Assembly: GCA_041697335.1 (NCBI GenBank) | Contig: JBGUGD010000017.1 | Location: 1-61,064 of the forward strand | DNA from: Vampirovibrionaceae bacterium NZW_1234 | Lineage (GTDB): Bacteria; Cyanobacteriota; Vampirovibrionia; Vampirovibrionales; JAGQHJ01 | Reading direction: 5' to 3' | Length of the DNA: 61,064 bases | Part shown: positions 41,589 to 50,635 of the stretch, in pieces | How positions within the stretch are numbered: position 1 is the stretch's first letter | How the letters are laid out: every line of letters begins with the position of its first letter | Made by a program: the position numbers and the translations under genes | The notes under the pieces: generated by a model | Databases searched by the model: none | The model's input: only the letters and a program-made list of their open reading frames with translations | Told to the model about the DNA's origin: nothing

Positions 41589-41790
41589 TTCGTTCTTTCT
41601 CAAGCTTTCGGCTTGAGGTTGGAAGGAAGTTTAATAATAAATGTTGCTAATGCGCTATTTAAGCCTTTGGTGTCTTTGAGGTGACTCTAAATATTATCGC
41701 TGGCGAAATCATGGCTTGAAATACAATGGCGTGCCTAGTGACGCTTGTGCACTTAAAGTATCTACTAGTGAGTACTTAACTCAAATAAAG

Positions 41791-42073
41791 CAAGTTTACC
41801 TTTTCCCTGGCACCTCTATACAGGGTCACTACATGACCATTATATGGCCCTTTCGTAAGGTTGTTGAAGCAGCCGCTCTAGATCCCTATGAGATAGCTCG
41901 GCACACGTTTCGCCATACGACATCACGCACCTTGTCCAAGCTGGAATCGAATTGCCTACTGTGCAAAGAATCTCAGGGCACAAATCCTTTCAAATGGTTC
42001 AGCGATACAGTCACCAGAACAGCCTCATATTGAAGCGGCTATGGAGAAGTTAGAACAGCATTATTCAATATGA
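41791..42073 (+). pseudogene. tyrosine recombinase/integrase C-terminal remnant (two frameshifts)
   Basis: HTFRHT, then frame change to ITHLVQAGIELPTVQRISGHKSFQMVQRYSH (HxxR, GH and catalytic Y), then frame change to HIEAAMEKLE. Confidence 0.85.
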
Positions 42074-42075
42074 GT

Positions 42076-43011
42076 TTAAGCCGCATTTGCTGATGACATA
42101 AGTTCCGCTAACTTTCTCTTCCAACCTTGTGAGTGTATGATGCGAGCCAAATGATATTTATTATTTAAGATCTCTGCTTTTGTTAATTGGGAGAACGCCT
42201 GCCAATTCTTTCCAAATACATATATCGCATTGCCTTTTTGAATACTTTCCAAAATTACCAGGTTTTTGGTAGAAAATACATATGCTAGATAATCCGAAAA
42301 GCCGCCCTCGCCCATATAAATCTCATTAGGCAGATAGGCTCGGATTGTCTCTTGTCGATCTGCAATAACTGTTGCAGTTGCTTCGGAGCGTTTTTTTAAT
42401 AGATTAAGGTAGCGTTCAACATGTGGCCATGGATCTTCACCTGGTGGTAATAACCTCCATCCTAAGCGCTTGATTGCAGGTTCGGCAAATTTGGTTAAAT
42501 CAGCTTGAACTAGATCGCAACTGCCAAAAAGCTCCAAGAACAAGTTGACGGTATGGCGGATTATTTCATGCTCTTCCGGATTGTGATGGAAAACCCGCGA
42601 CACAATGAAACTCTTTTCATCGATTTCAAGGTAAGAAATCTCAATCGAGGGAGGTGAAATAAGTTCTCGGGGATAACAGTTGCGAAAAATGTCCCGAAAA
42701 TCTTCGTGTTCTTCGACTTCACCACCACCAGCCCATTGCTTCCATTGCCACCATACAGTACGGATATACCGACTTTCCTTGGGCTTGTTTCTATGGAGTA
42801 GCCATTTCCCTTCAGAGTTGAATCGTGAGACGGACCCAATAGGAAACGGTAACAGCGTGTCGCCGTTAGATGGAGTGTCCGTGAAGCCTATCCGTGTAAG
42901 TTTATGTTGCGAATCTTGGTCGATTAGAAAAACTATTCTTAATGCACCATTTTGAGGCACCCCAGCTAGTCTGGAAAGAATATTGTTCACTCGTCTGTTT
43001 TCGATGTGCAT
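42076..43011 (-). CDS. conserved hypothetical protein (311 aa), second gene of the DUF3892 operon
   Basis: GAAAGG RBS; Trp/Pro-rich blocks SRFNSEGK, YPRE..PP, NLFLELFG, W..LPPG..PW, LES...GNA.Y.F, RIIH...W. Confidence 0.85.
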   Translation of the reverse strand: MHIENRRVNNILSRLAGVPQNGALRIVFLIDQDSQHKLTRIGFTDTPSNGDTLLPFPIGSVSRFNSEGKWLLHRNKPKESRYIRTVWWQWKQWAGGGEVEEHEDFRDIFRNCYPRELISPPSIEISYLEIDEKSFIVSRVFHHNPEEHEIIRHTVNLFLELFGSCDLVQADLTKFAEPAIKRLGWRLLPPGEDPWPHVERYLNLLKKRSEATATVIADRQETIRAYLPNEIYMGEGGFSDYLAYVFSTKNLVILESIQKGNAIYVFGKNWQAFSQLTKAEILNNKYHLARIIHSQGWKRKLAELMSSANAA

Positions 43012-43062
43012 AATGTTACCTTTCTATCTTTGCTGCCAAGGGAAGGCAAAGCCTTCCCCCAT

Positions 43063-43341
43063 TTAGTTCACACACTCGGGAAGAGAGAGAAGATTATTAG
43101 GTGTTTCGCCATCAGATTCAGTCTTAATGTACCGATTCCCATAGGGAGAGGTTGCTGTAATAACCCAGGCCGTTGAGCCACCTCGTTGTACGTAAAACCG
43201 ATGCGCTCCCGAATCAATGAAACGAACAATTTCTTGTTGCTCATATCGCTGTGAGCTACCTTCGAGACCGACAAATTGGATTCTTTCATGAGGATTTTTG
43301 CGTTCATCCTTGTGGATGCACGTAATTCGATAAGTACCCAT
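43063..43341 (-). CDS. DUF3892-family protein
   Basis: ITCI.K, FYV, Y.KT..DG...NNLLSLPEC signature; AAGGAG RBS. Confidence 0.85.
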   Translation of the reverse strand: MGTYRITCIHKDERKNPHERIQFVGLEGSSQRYEQQEIVRFIDSGAHRFYVQRGGSTAWVITATSPYGNRYIKTESDGETPNNLLSLPECVN

Positions 43342-43483
43342 TGATGAGCACTCCTTTCTGGTTTAAAATTCCTATATACATATTTTTGGGGTAGGCTTTT
43401 TGTTGAGCCTGCCTTTTCTTTGGTAACACCAAGCTATCCTGCTTAGTTTTTCTCCTTACCTAATCTGACTCTAACTGATTTTC

Positions 43484-43537
43484 ATCATACAGGCGCTTGG
43501 GTGTTTTTGCAACGTTCTTGGATGAGAATGGTATAAT
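43484..43537. promoter_or_regulatory. back-to-back divergent sigma70 promoters
   Basis: Minus: TTGCAA(43507-43512)-17 bp-TATGAT(43484-43489). Plus: extended -10 TGgTATAAT (43529-43537). Confidence 0.65.
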
Positions 43538-43594
43538 TGAAATAAGAATACATAGCTGTTTTTAGGGCCTTGTGAAGGTTTAAGGTGGTTAACA

Positions 43595-44035
43595 TTGCTT
43601 AATATTGATGGGATTCAAATAGGTGAGCGGCTTCGGATTGTGCGTGAAGACCGAGAATACTCTGTCAATGCCCTTGCAAGGCTAGCCGATATCAGCGCTA
43701 GTTATATATCTGATCTGGAGAATGGTAAAAAGGCCAATCCTTCTATAAAAGAGCTGGTAAAAATATGTAAAAGTCTTAATATTGGCCTTGATGTGCTTTT
43801 AGATGCAGGTAGATTCTCTCAGTTTAAGAACAAATCGGCTTTGGTGATACCAAATAGTCTGGTTCCATTTCTTGAAAATGGGACAATTACTTTGAGGCAG
43901 GCAAAAAAAATCTTGGAGATGTTTCCTGCCGAGACTGAAATTGCTGCACGTAGTGGTTCTGTAGAAGCTCGAAGCTCAAATTCTTGGGAAAATATCATCA
44001 AAGTCCTAAAAGAAGAAGGGGTTCTGGATGACTGA
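43595..44035 (+). CDS. XRE-family HTH transcriptional regulator (CapH/ImmR-like)
   Basis: IGERLR..RE....S...LA.LA.IS.SYISDLENG...NPS...L.KI...L. Confidence 0.92.
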   Translation: MLNIDGIQIGERLRIVREDREYSVNALARLADISASYISDLENGKKANPSIKELVKICKSLNIGLDVLLDAGRFSQFKNKSALVIPNSLVPFLENGTITLRQAKKILEMFPAETEIAARSGSVEARSSNSWENIIKVLKEEGVLDD

Positions 44036-44984
44036 TGGTGATTTGAATAAGTGGAGAGCAAAGTACGCTAACGCTTCACCAGAAGTTCTTTCTTTTCTTT
44101 CGTCTTCAGCTTTTAAGAGGCAGGTTATCAAGAAGTTTGTTTGGGAGTACCTTAGCGAAGGTCCTCATCTGAGTTATGTGGAATATGAGGAATCTGCCTA
44201 CTTACAAGAGCTTGCCTGTGTAATTTCTACAGAATTAGAAGAAGGCTACTTGCCACCACCGCAAGTGGGGCGCCTGCGATATAATCCTGAGGGAAACACA
44301 AAATTTGTGGCAACTGCTAGCAGTTTATCTACTCCGGCGCGAAAGACGTTTACTTGGTGTCATGAGATGGGTCACGTCCTTCTTGGTTTATATAAATCTG
44401 TGCCCATTGAATACAGAGACTCTCTTCATTCTGATATTTTAGAGATGGACGAATCTGTAGTTGAAATGATGTGTGACATTGCGGCTTCTTACATACTGTT
44501 TAGGCCTGATATAGTTCAACCGCCTCGTTGGGAAGATTTTGTTGAGTTTGAAGACAACGTTCAAAATTATCAAAACAGACATACTGTCTCATATTGGGCT
44601 TCCGCTAGGTATTTGACCGAGAATAACCCGCATCCAAGTAGCCTGATTATGTGTAAGCCAGGTTATCGAAAAGAAGAAATGAGACATGTTCAGTCCAGCC
44701 AAGTGAAGTTACCTCTGGGGATTAGTATGGGGCCACATAAAAAGCTCCGGGTGACTCAGAGTATAAGCTCTATAAACATGGAATATGTTCCCCTTAACAA
44801 ATCCTTGAATCCAGATTTGGTGCAAGGTGAAGGCGATGATATGCAATTCAGTTTCACTGGTCCGATTGAACTCTCACTGGCAGATTTATTTGCAATAGAT
44901 AAGGGAAGCAGTGAAATGTATCGTGTATATTCTTTGCCTTGGTATAAAAATATACCGACACTTTTGATATCTCAGAAAACTTAG
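44028..44984 (+). CDS. ImmA/IrrE/CapP-family zinc metallopeptidase
   Basis: R..FT..HEMGH, E..CD..A..IL, HTH-like linker (VS..A.ARYL), long C-terminal domain; start overlaps the HTH stop by 8 bp. Confidence 0.88.
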   Translation: MTDGDLNKWRAKYANASPEVLSFLSSSAFKRQVIKKFVWEYLSEGPHLSYVEYEESAYLQELACVISTELEEGYLPPPQVGRLRYNPEGNTKFVATASSLSTPARKTFTWCHEMGHVLLGLYKSVPIEYRDSLHSDILEMDESVVEMMCDIAASYILFRPDIVQPPRWEDFVEFEDNVQNYQNRHTVSYWASARYLTENNPHPSSLIMCKPGYRKEEMRHVQSSQVKLPLGISMGPHKKLRVTQSISSINMEYVPLNKSLNPDLVQGEGDDMQFSFTGPIELSLADLFAIDKGSSEMYRVYSLPWYKNIPTLLISQKT

Positions 44985-45039
44985 TTTGTGGGTAGGGCCT
45001 TTTTTGTTACTGTTTATTCTATGCGTGTAGGGAAATCTT

Positions 45040-45567
45040 ATGCAAGAAATCCATCTGGTTAATCAGGCATTACAAATTAATCAGCCGAAGGACTTATTTG
45101 ATTATCTTGTGGGAGCTACAACTCCATTAATTGCTCTATTGGCGGCATTCTTTGCATTTTGCCAATGGCGTACTTATCAAAAACAGTACAGAGCGATGAT
45201 TACCGATCGGATAGTAAAGAATTATGAGAAGCTGTCGAAGGCTCAAGGGTATATTATTAAACACGGAAACATTGATTTCGAGCATTTTCGTTTATTAGCC
45301 TTAGCTTTAGATGAAGCGAGGGTCTGTTTATCTCCTGAATTGGTTGAATACTTGAAAGCTATATACAGCAAAGCAGGGAGATTGTTAGAAATTCCAGATC
45401 TGATTAATGAGAAAAAAGAGCAAATTGAGGAAGTTGGAATAAAAGAAGAGGAGAAAAGTCGGTTAATCCAAGAGCGTAAGGTATTACATGATGAAAAAAG
45501 TCTACTTTTAAGGGAATTCATATATGCAGAACACTACAAGATTTATCGAAAGCTATTGGTAGCGTAG
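45040..45567 (+). CDS. hypothetical protein, single N-terminal TM plus helical domain
   Basis: PLIALLAAFFAFCQW hydrophobic segment, charged helical remainder. Confidence 0.7.
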   Translation: MQEIHLVNQALQINQPKDLFDYLVGATTPLIALLAAFFAFCQWRTYQKQYRAMITDRIVKNYEKLSKAQGYIIKHGNIDFEHFRLLALALDEARVCLSPELVEYLKAIYSKAGRLLEIPDLINEKKEQIEEVGIKEEEKSRLIQERKVLHDEKSLLLREFIYAEHYKIYRKLLVA

Positions 45568-45630
45568 TAGTTTCTTTAAGATTTCGTATTCTTCTAGACA
45601 ATTCTTTTCTTGCGAACACAGGAGCAACAC

Positions 45631-45780
45631 AGAGCTTACCGATAACCCGGTTAAGTGATTTAAGATAATCATTGCAGAACCTAACAGCCAGAAGCACTCA
45701 TGAACATCTGCATATCGTTCATATCGGATAACAAGCTTTCTAAACATTTCCAGCCAGCTGAAAACCTGGATTGAAGACCA
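45631..45780 (-). pseudogene. IS5-family transposase C-terminal remnant
   Basis: FSWLEMFRKLVIRYERYADVHECF..L matches the IS5 DDE C-terminal F.WL..FR.L..RYER motif. Confidence 0.75.
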
Positions 45781-45848
45781 TTTCCAACATCGCTATCACA
45801 GTACATCAGAAGCGAGAATCTCCAAAAATGATTTAATTAAACGTTAGG

Positions 45849-45904
45849 CTATTAAAGGATAATATGCTATCCTTTAATAGTGAGGGTGTCTTATTAAAGG
45901 ATAA
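45849..45904. promoter_or_regulatory. putative operator upstream of the Fic gene
   Basis: Perfect 13-bp inverted repeat CTATTAAAGGATA-N6-TATCCTTTAATAG plus a third half-site TATTAAAGGATAA at 45892-45904. Confidence 0.7.
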
Positions 45905-45906
45905 GT

Positions 45907-47061
45907 ATGTCAAACCCGACAGAAAGTAGATTAGGGCATTATTTAAAGGTCACTACCATGGGGGAAAGCTTTAACGCATTTGTCCCTCCGCCCTTGCCTC
46001 CCGATCCTCCAGTGAGTATAGCTGGACTTGAAGTACTTTATGAACGCGCTTCCCAAGCTTTGGGCAGATTGGACACGCTGCTGGGTTCTCTGCCGGATAC
46101 CAGTTTGTTTCTGTATATGTATGTCCGAAAAGAGGCGGTTCTCTCCTCCCAGATTGAAGGAACTCAGTCCTCTATTTCGGATTTGCTGTTATACGAGACG
46201 AAAGAAGCTCCTGGTGTGCCTGTGGATGATGTGGAAGAGGTTTGTCAGTATGTCGCTGCCATGAATTATGGGGTGAGTCGTTTAAAAGAAGGCTTCCCGC
46301 TTTCTCTTCGGCTCCTTCGGGAAATTCATGGGGTCTTAATGGCTTCCGGTCGCGGTAGTGATAAATTGCCCGGAGAGTTTCGCCGCTCCCAGAATTGGAT
46401 TGGGGGAACTCGACCCGGAAATGCCTTTTTTGTTCCCCCGCCACCCGAACGCTTAATGGAGTGTCTGGATAATTTTGAGAAATTTCTTCACGACGAAACG
46501 ACATCAACACTTTTGAAAGCCGCTATTAGCCATGTCCAGTTTGAAACCATTCACCCTTTTCTGGATGGCAATGGCCGCCTAGGACGCCTCCTGATTCCAT
46601 TCATCTTAATGGCAGAAGGCGTTCTAACCGTACCCGGGTTATATTTGAGCCTCTATTTTAAAAAGCATCGCTCTGACTACTTCCGTCATCTCCAAGAGGT
46701 GAGAGAACGTGGTGCTTGGGAATCGTGGCTTGAATTTTTCCTTACTGGCGTTGTAGAATCCGCTCAGCAAGGTGTAGGAACTGCCCAGCAAATTATTCAA
46801 TTGTTTGAAGCTGATAGGGTTAGGATAGAGACATTAAAACGAGCCAGAACCTCGGCTTTGAGGCTATACAGCTATCTCCAAAAGCATCCGATTGTTTCAG
46901 CCAGAACTGCTTCTACAGAGATCGGTCTGTCTTTTCCGACAATCCTGGCGAGCCTGAACCACCTGAAAGATTTGGGTATTGTCGAAGAAACTACCGGCAA
47001 GCAAAGAGATCGCCTGTTTGTGTATCAAAAATACTTGCAGATCCTCCAGGAGGACAGTTGA
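45907..47061 (+). CDS. Fic-family protein (Fic N-terminal + Fic + C-terminal wHTH; SoFic-like)
   Basis: HPFLDGNGRLGR catalytic motif; SSQIEG inhibitory motif; C-terminal E.TG..R.R.F.Y..YL. Confidence 0.95.
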   Translation: MSNPTESRLGHYLKVTTMGESFNAFVPPPLPPDPPVSIAGLEVLYERASQALGRLDTLLGSLPDTSLFLYMYVRKEAVLSSQIEGTQSSISDLLLYETKEAPGVPVDDVEEVCQYVAAMNYGVSRLKEGFPLSLRLLREIHGVLMASGRGSDKLPGEFRRSQNWIGGTRPGNAFFVPPPPERLMECLDNFEKFLHDETTSTLLKAAISHVQFETIHPFLDGNGRLGRLLIPFILMAEGVLTVPGLYLSLYFKKHRSDYFRHLQEVRERGAWESWLEFFLTGVVESAQQGVGTAQQIIQLFEADRVRIETLKRARTSALRLYSYLQKHPIVSARTASTEIGLSFPTILASLNHLKDLGIVEETTGKQRDRLFVYQKYLQILQEDS

Positions 47062-47186
47062 TTGTGGCGATAAATGTCCCGCAGAAGCATCGCTGATTTA
47101 AGGTAGGACGCGCAAAAATCATTGCTTTTCTGTCACAATGGGGGTTGGCTTTGCTTGGAGCAACGTATGATTTGTGGCATCGGGTT

Positions 47187-48563
47187 TTAAGCGATGGCGG
47201 CGGCTGAGGCGCAGGCGTGGATGTTGTGGACGAAGTAGCGGAAGTTGCTGAGGTGTTTATGTTCCATGGTTTTAATGGTGGTTTCGTCGACACCGGCGGG
47301 GTGGCCGTTGGGGCCGGAAGCATGTTGGGTGATGAAGAAGAATTCCTTGGAGCCTTCCAGGTAGCGGCGATCGTCGTCCTGGGCCGGGCCTTTGTCCTGG
47401 ACTGTCATGCCATGGCCATGCCAGGAGGCAAAGCCATCAAACTGAAGCGCCTGTTCGGCGGCGTCGGGGTTGTTTCCGGTGGCCAGGGCCTGCTCTCGGG
47501 CGGCTTGTTTTTGGGCGGCCACGAAGGTTTCGGCATTGGCGAAGGCTTGCTTGATTTTATCGGTCTGGGTGATCCCCTTGGCGGTTTCTTCGGGCGTGGG
47601 GGGCGTGATGCGGATGAGCTTGTCTACACGATAGGCGGCAGCTTGGGGTTGAGCGGCAAAATCGGCGGCGGATTGGACGGCGAATTGGCTGGCCACGGTA
47701 TCGGCCTCCACCCGGGCATGGCCGTTGCCGTCTTCGGTGGAAATGACAATGGCAATGCGTTTGACGTTGGGGTTGGTGTTGTCGGCTTTTTTCCAGGCCA
47801 CCGGGTTATGGCGGTTGGTGGCAATGGGTTTCTCGAAATGGGCGCCGACGGGGGGCTTGTCTAAATCATCGGGGATGGTCTCCGGGCCGTCACCCTCGCG
47901 AAGCAGGTAGTGTTGTTCAGCATGATCGATGGCGTTGTCCAGGCTGTCGGTCTGCTGAAGGGCGTTGACAAAGGTGTTGGTGCCCCAGCTCAGGGTTTCG
48001 TCACCAATGGGGGAGGAGGACCCGCCGTTTTGGCTGGAGGCGGCAATGACGCGAATGTTTTCAGGGTGTTTGATCTCGATTTCCGAAGCGTTGGGATCCA
48101 GTTTCAGGCTGTTGATTTCCTGGAGGTAGGCGGTAATGTTGGATCGGATCATCTCGACAAAGGCTTTTTGGTTGCGGGCGATTTGCCGGTAGGTGTCGAC
48201 CCAGCGATAGTGCAGGTTCATGGCGCTTTTCATCACGGCCTGGTAGGCTTCTTTCTGATCGGCGGGCAACTTGGCCAGCGCGGCCTTGGCGACCTCGGTT
48301 AATGGTTTGACGGAAATAATGCTGCGCATGATTTTCAGGCCCCGGACGGTGGGGTCGGACTCCTCGGCATGCAGGTCCTTGAAGGCGCCGGAGAGGTTGT
48401 TCTGGATAAATTCGCACGTCTCCTTCATATGGGCGCCGGTGTCTTCCTGAAGGCTTTTGTCCATCATGGGTGCATACAGGCGGCGTTTTTCCTGGGCAAT
48501 GGCTTTGGTAAGGCTGTTGGCGGGTAGGGTGAACGGCTTGATGGGTGTCGTGGGCAAGGTCAT
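47187..48563 (-). CDS. putative caspase-like (clan CD) peptidase with N-terminal helical domain
   Basis: KRIAIVI, hydrophobic strand plus HGHG, hydrophobic strand plus HACAS at the extreme C-terminus. Confidence 0.6.
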   Translation of the reverse strand: MTLPTTPIKPFTLPANSLTKAIAQEKRRLYAPMMDKSLQEDTGAHMKETCEFIQNNLSGAFKDLHAEESDPTVRGLKIMRSIISVKPLTEVAKAALAKLPADQKEAYQAVMKSAMNLHYRWVDTYRQIARNQKAFVEMIRSNITAYLQEINSLKLDPNASEIEIKHPENIRVIAASSQNGGSSSPIGDETLSWGTNTFVNALQQTDSLDNAIDHAEQHYLLREGDGPETIPDDLDKPPVGAHFEKPIATNRHNPVAWKKADNTNPNVKRIAIVISTEDGNGHARVEADTVASQFAVQSAADFAAQPQAAAYRVDKLIRITPPTPEETAKGITQTDKIKQAFANAETFVAAQKQAAREQALATGNNPDAAEQALQFDGFASWHGHGMTVQDKGPAQDDDRRYLEGSKEFFFITQHASGPNGHPAGVDETTIKTMEHKHLSNFRYFVHNIHACASAAAIA

Positions 48564-48951
48564 CTCTCTCTGGTCCCTCTTATCCTTTTTCCGGCACATC
48601 CTTATTCGGGCATATCGGATTTGCTGCTTCTGGTCCAGAAACGCGCCTCAAGATGGACTTGTGCTGTTATGTTGAAATATGTAACACGTCAAAAACAGAT
48701 CCTTTGCCAAGATGTGAGGCGGGAAAGGGCTTGTTCGGCGAGCCCAATGATGCTGGGGGAGGTTTTTTAGGAGATTATGCCGGGAATGGCGATACACATC
48801 TGTTGCAAGTTGTAACAGTTGGCACCAGGGATGGTGTTCGGGAATGAGGGTGTTTGTGCTACGGTATTGCAATCAAATTTCAGTGGAGATTTTGATTCAT
48901 TATTTAATTAAGACAGGCAATCATGTCGATTTTCGAGTCGGGAGGATAACT

Positions 48952-50604
48952 ATGCGAATTTCTCATACACCCTTGGCGCATCGTGTGTTGATGCAACCGA
49001 TGATGCCCGCATTGCGACACAATGGTTCGGCGGCAGCGCATCGGACGTCGGCGCTGGACGAGGTCCGGTTTTCCGGGGGGAAATCGACGGTTCCTGTAGA
49101 GAAACTGTTTATTAACGGTGAATTCGTTCCGTCCCGCTCCGGCAAGACCTTCAAGGTCTACAACCCGTTTAATCAAGCGGTGATTGCCAAGGCTGCGGTG
49201 GCCTCGGAAGAGGATGTGAATGATGCTGTCCAGGCGGCGCGTACGGCCTTTGATTCCGGCGTGTGGTCCGACAAACCGGCCCAGGCTCGGGCCGATGTGC
49301 TTCGCAAAATCGCCAAGGTGATTCGGGACAATGCCGAAGAATTGGCTCAGCTGGAAACCAAGAACAACGGGAAAGCCATTACCGAAGCCCGGTATGATGT
49401 GGCCGACTCGGCGCGTCACTTTGAATACTATGCCGAATTGGCGGCGAAACAGACAGGGCAAGTGATGCCGCTGGGCGATGGATCCGATGCGACGATCCAA
49501 AAAGAACCCCTGGGCGTGGTCGGTCAGATTATTCCCTGGAATTACCCGTTGATGATGGGCGCCTGGAAGATGGCCCCGGCCCTTGCCGCCGGGTGTACCG
49601 TCGTGATTAAGGCGGCGGAAGAAACACCGTTGTCGCTGTTGAAACTGGCGTCGCTGCTGAAAGAGAATTTCTCCAAGGACGAGTTGCCCCCCGGGGTCAT
49701 TAATATCCTCACCGGGCCTGGCGTGCCGACGGGGCAAGCCTTGGCGAACCACCCGGATATCGATCGTTTCTCCTTTACCGGCAGCACTCAAGTCGGTGGC
49801 CTCATTGCCAAAGCTGCCGCGGCCAACGTCAATGGCCCCAAGCCGGTCAATCTGGAAATGGGAGGCAAGTCGCCGCTTATCGTCTTTAAGGACGCCGATC
49901 TGGATCAGGCGGCCGATGCCGCCGTGTTTGGCTTTAACGTCAATGGCGGTCAGGTGTGCTCGGCTACCAGTCGGATTGTGGTGGATGCATCCATTCACGA
50001 TGCCTTCGTCGAAAAGCTGGTCGAGCGGATGAAGCATATTCGCATGGGTGAAGGTACCGATCCCAACGTGAATCTGGGGCCGTTGGTGTCCAAGGCACAG
50101 AAAAAACGTGTCCTGGGCTTCATTCAGAAGGGCCTTCAGGAAGGGGGCAAGCTGGTCGTTGGCGGTAAGGCGCCTTCGGATCCCAAATTGGCCCAGGGCA
50201 ACTTTGTGGAGCCCACGCTGTTTACCCATGTCGATCCCAAGTCCACCATTGCCCAGGAAGAGATCTTCGGGCCGGTGGCCGTGGTTCTGCCCTTTAAATC
50301 CGAAGATGAAGCCTTGGCTCTGGCCAATGGCACCAAGTACGGTCTGGCGGCTTCGATTTGGACCAACGACTTGAACCGGGCCAAGCGGGTCAGCAAGAAA
50401 GTGCAGGCCGGGGTGGTTTGGGTGAACAACAACCAGCCCGCCAACGCCGAATTCCCGTGGCAAGGGTGGAAGCAGTCCGGCAACGGCTTTGGCCGCGGTG
50501 ACAGTCTGGATTCCTACCAGAAAACCAAGACCGTGACGTTTACGCCGAATCCCTTTGGGGCGTGGTTTCAGCCCTTACCAACTGCCGGTGGCGATCAGAA
50601 ATAA
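48952..50604 (+). CDS. aldehyde dehydrogenase (betaine/amino-aldehyde dehydrogenase-like) with about 42-aa leader ending DEVRFS
   Basis: IIPWNYP, FTGST, LEMGGK, GQVC, EEIFGPV; GGAGG RBS before ATG 48952. Confidence 0.95.
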   Translation: MRISHTPLAHRVLMQPMMPALRHNGSAAAHRTSALDEVRFSGGKSTVPVEKLFINGEFVPSRSGKTFKVYNPFNQAVIAKAAVASEEDVNDAVQAARTAFDSGVWSDKPAQARADVLRKIAKVIRDNAEELAQLETKNNGKAITEARYDVADSARHFEYYAELAAKQTGQVMPLGDGSDATIQKEPLGVVGQIIPWNYPLMMGAWKMAPALAAGCTVVIKAAEETPLSLLKLASLLKENFSKDELPPGVINILTGPGVPTGQALANHPDIDRFSFTGSTQVGGLIAKAAAANVNGPKPVNLEMGGKSPLIVFKDADLDQAADAAVFGFNVNGGQVCSATSRIVVDASIHDAFVEKLVERMKHIRMGEGTDPNVNLGPLVSKAQKKRVLGFIQKGLQEGGKLVVGGKAPSDPKLAQGNFVEPTLFTHVDPKSTIAQEEIFGPVAVVLPFKSEDEALALANGTKYGLAASIWTNDLNRAKRVSKKVQAGVVWVNNNQPANAEFPWQGWKQSGNGFGRGDSLDSYQKTKTVTFTPNPFGAWFQPLPTAGGDQK

Positions 50605-50635
50605 GTTTTTTGAAGTGTAGACGAGGAGAATCCCA

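Larger units (their letters stand above)
41640..47100. mobile_element. decayed AT-rich genomic island / probable defence island
   Basis: Visibly lower GC than flanks; integrase and IS5 remnants; XRE/peptidase, DUF3892 and Fic genes; boundaries approximate, no att repeat found. Confidence 0.6.

Noticed and set aside
43595..44984. XRE plus peptidase as a RosmerTA antitoxin or prophage immunity region
   Set aside because: HTH and peptidase are separate genes rather than fused, and no phage structural, replication or Cro-like genes lie divergent; a CapH/CapP-like reading fits better, though an ImmR/ImmA origin is not excluded
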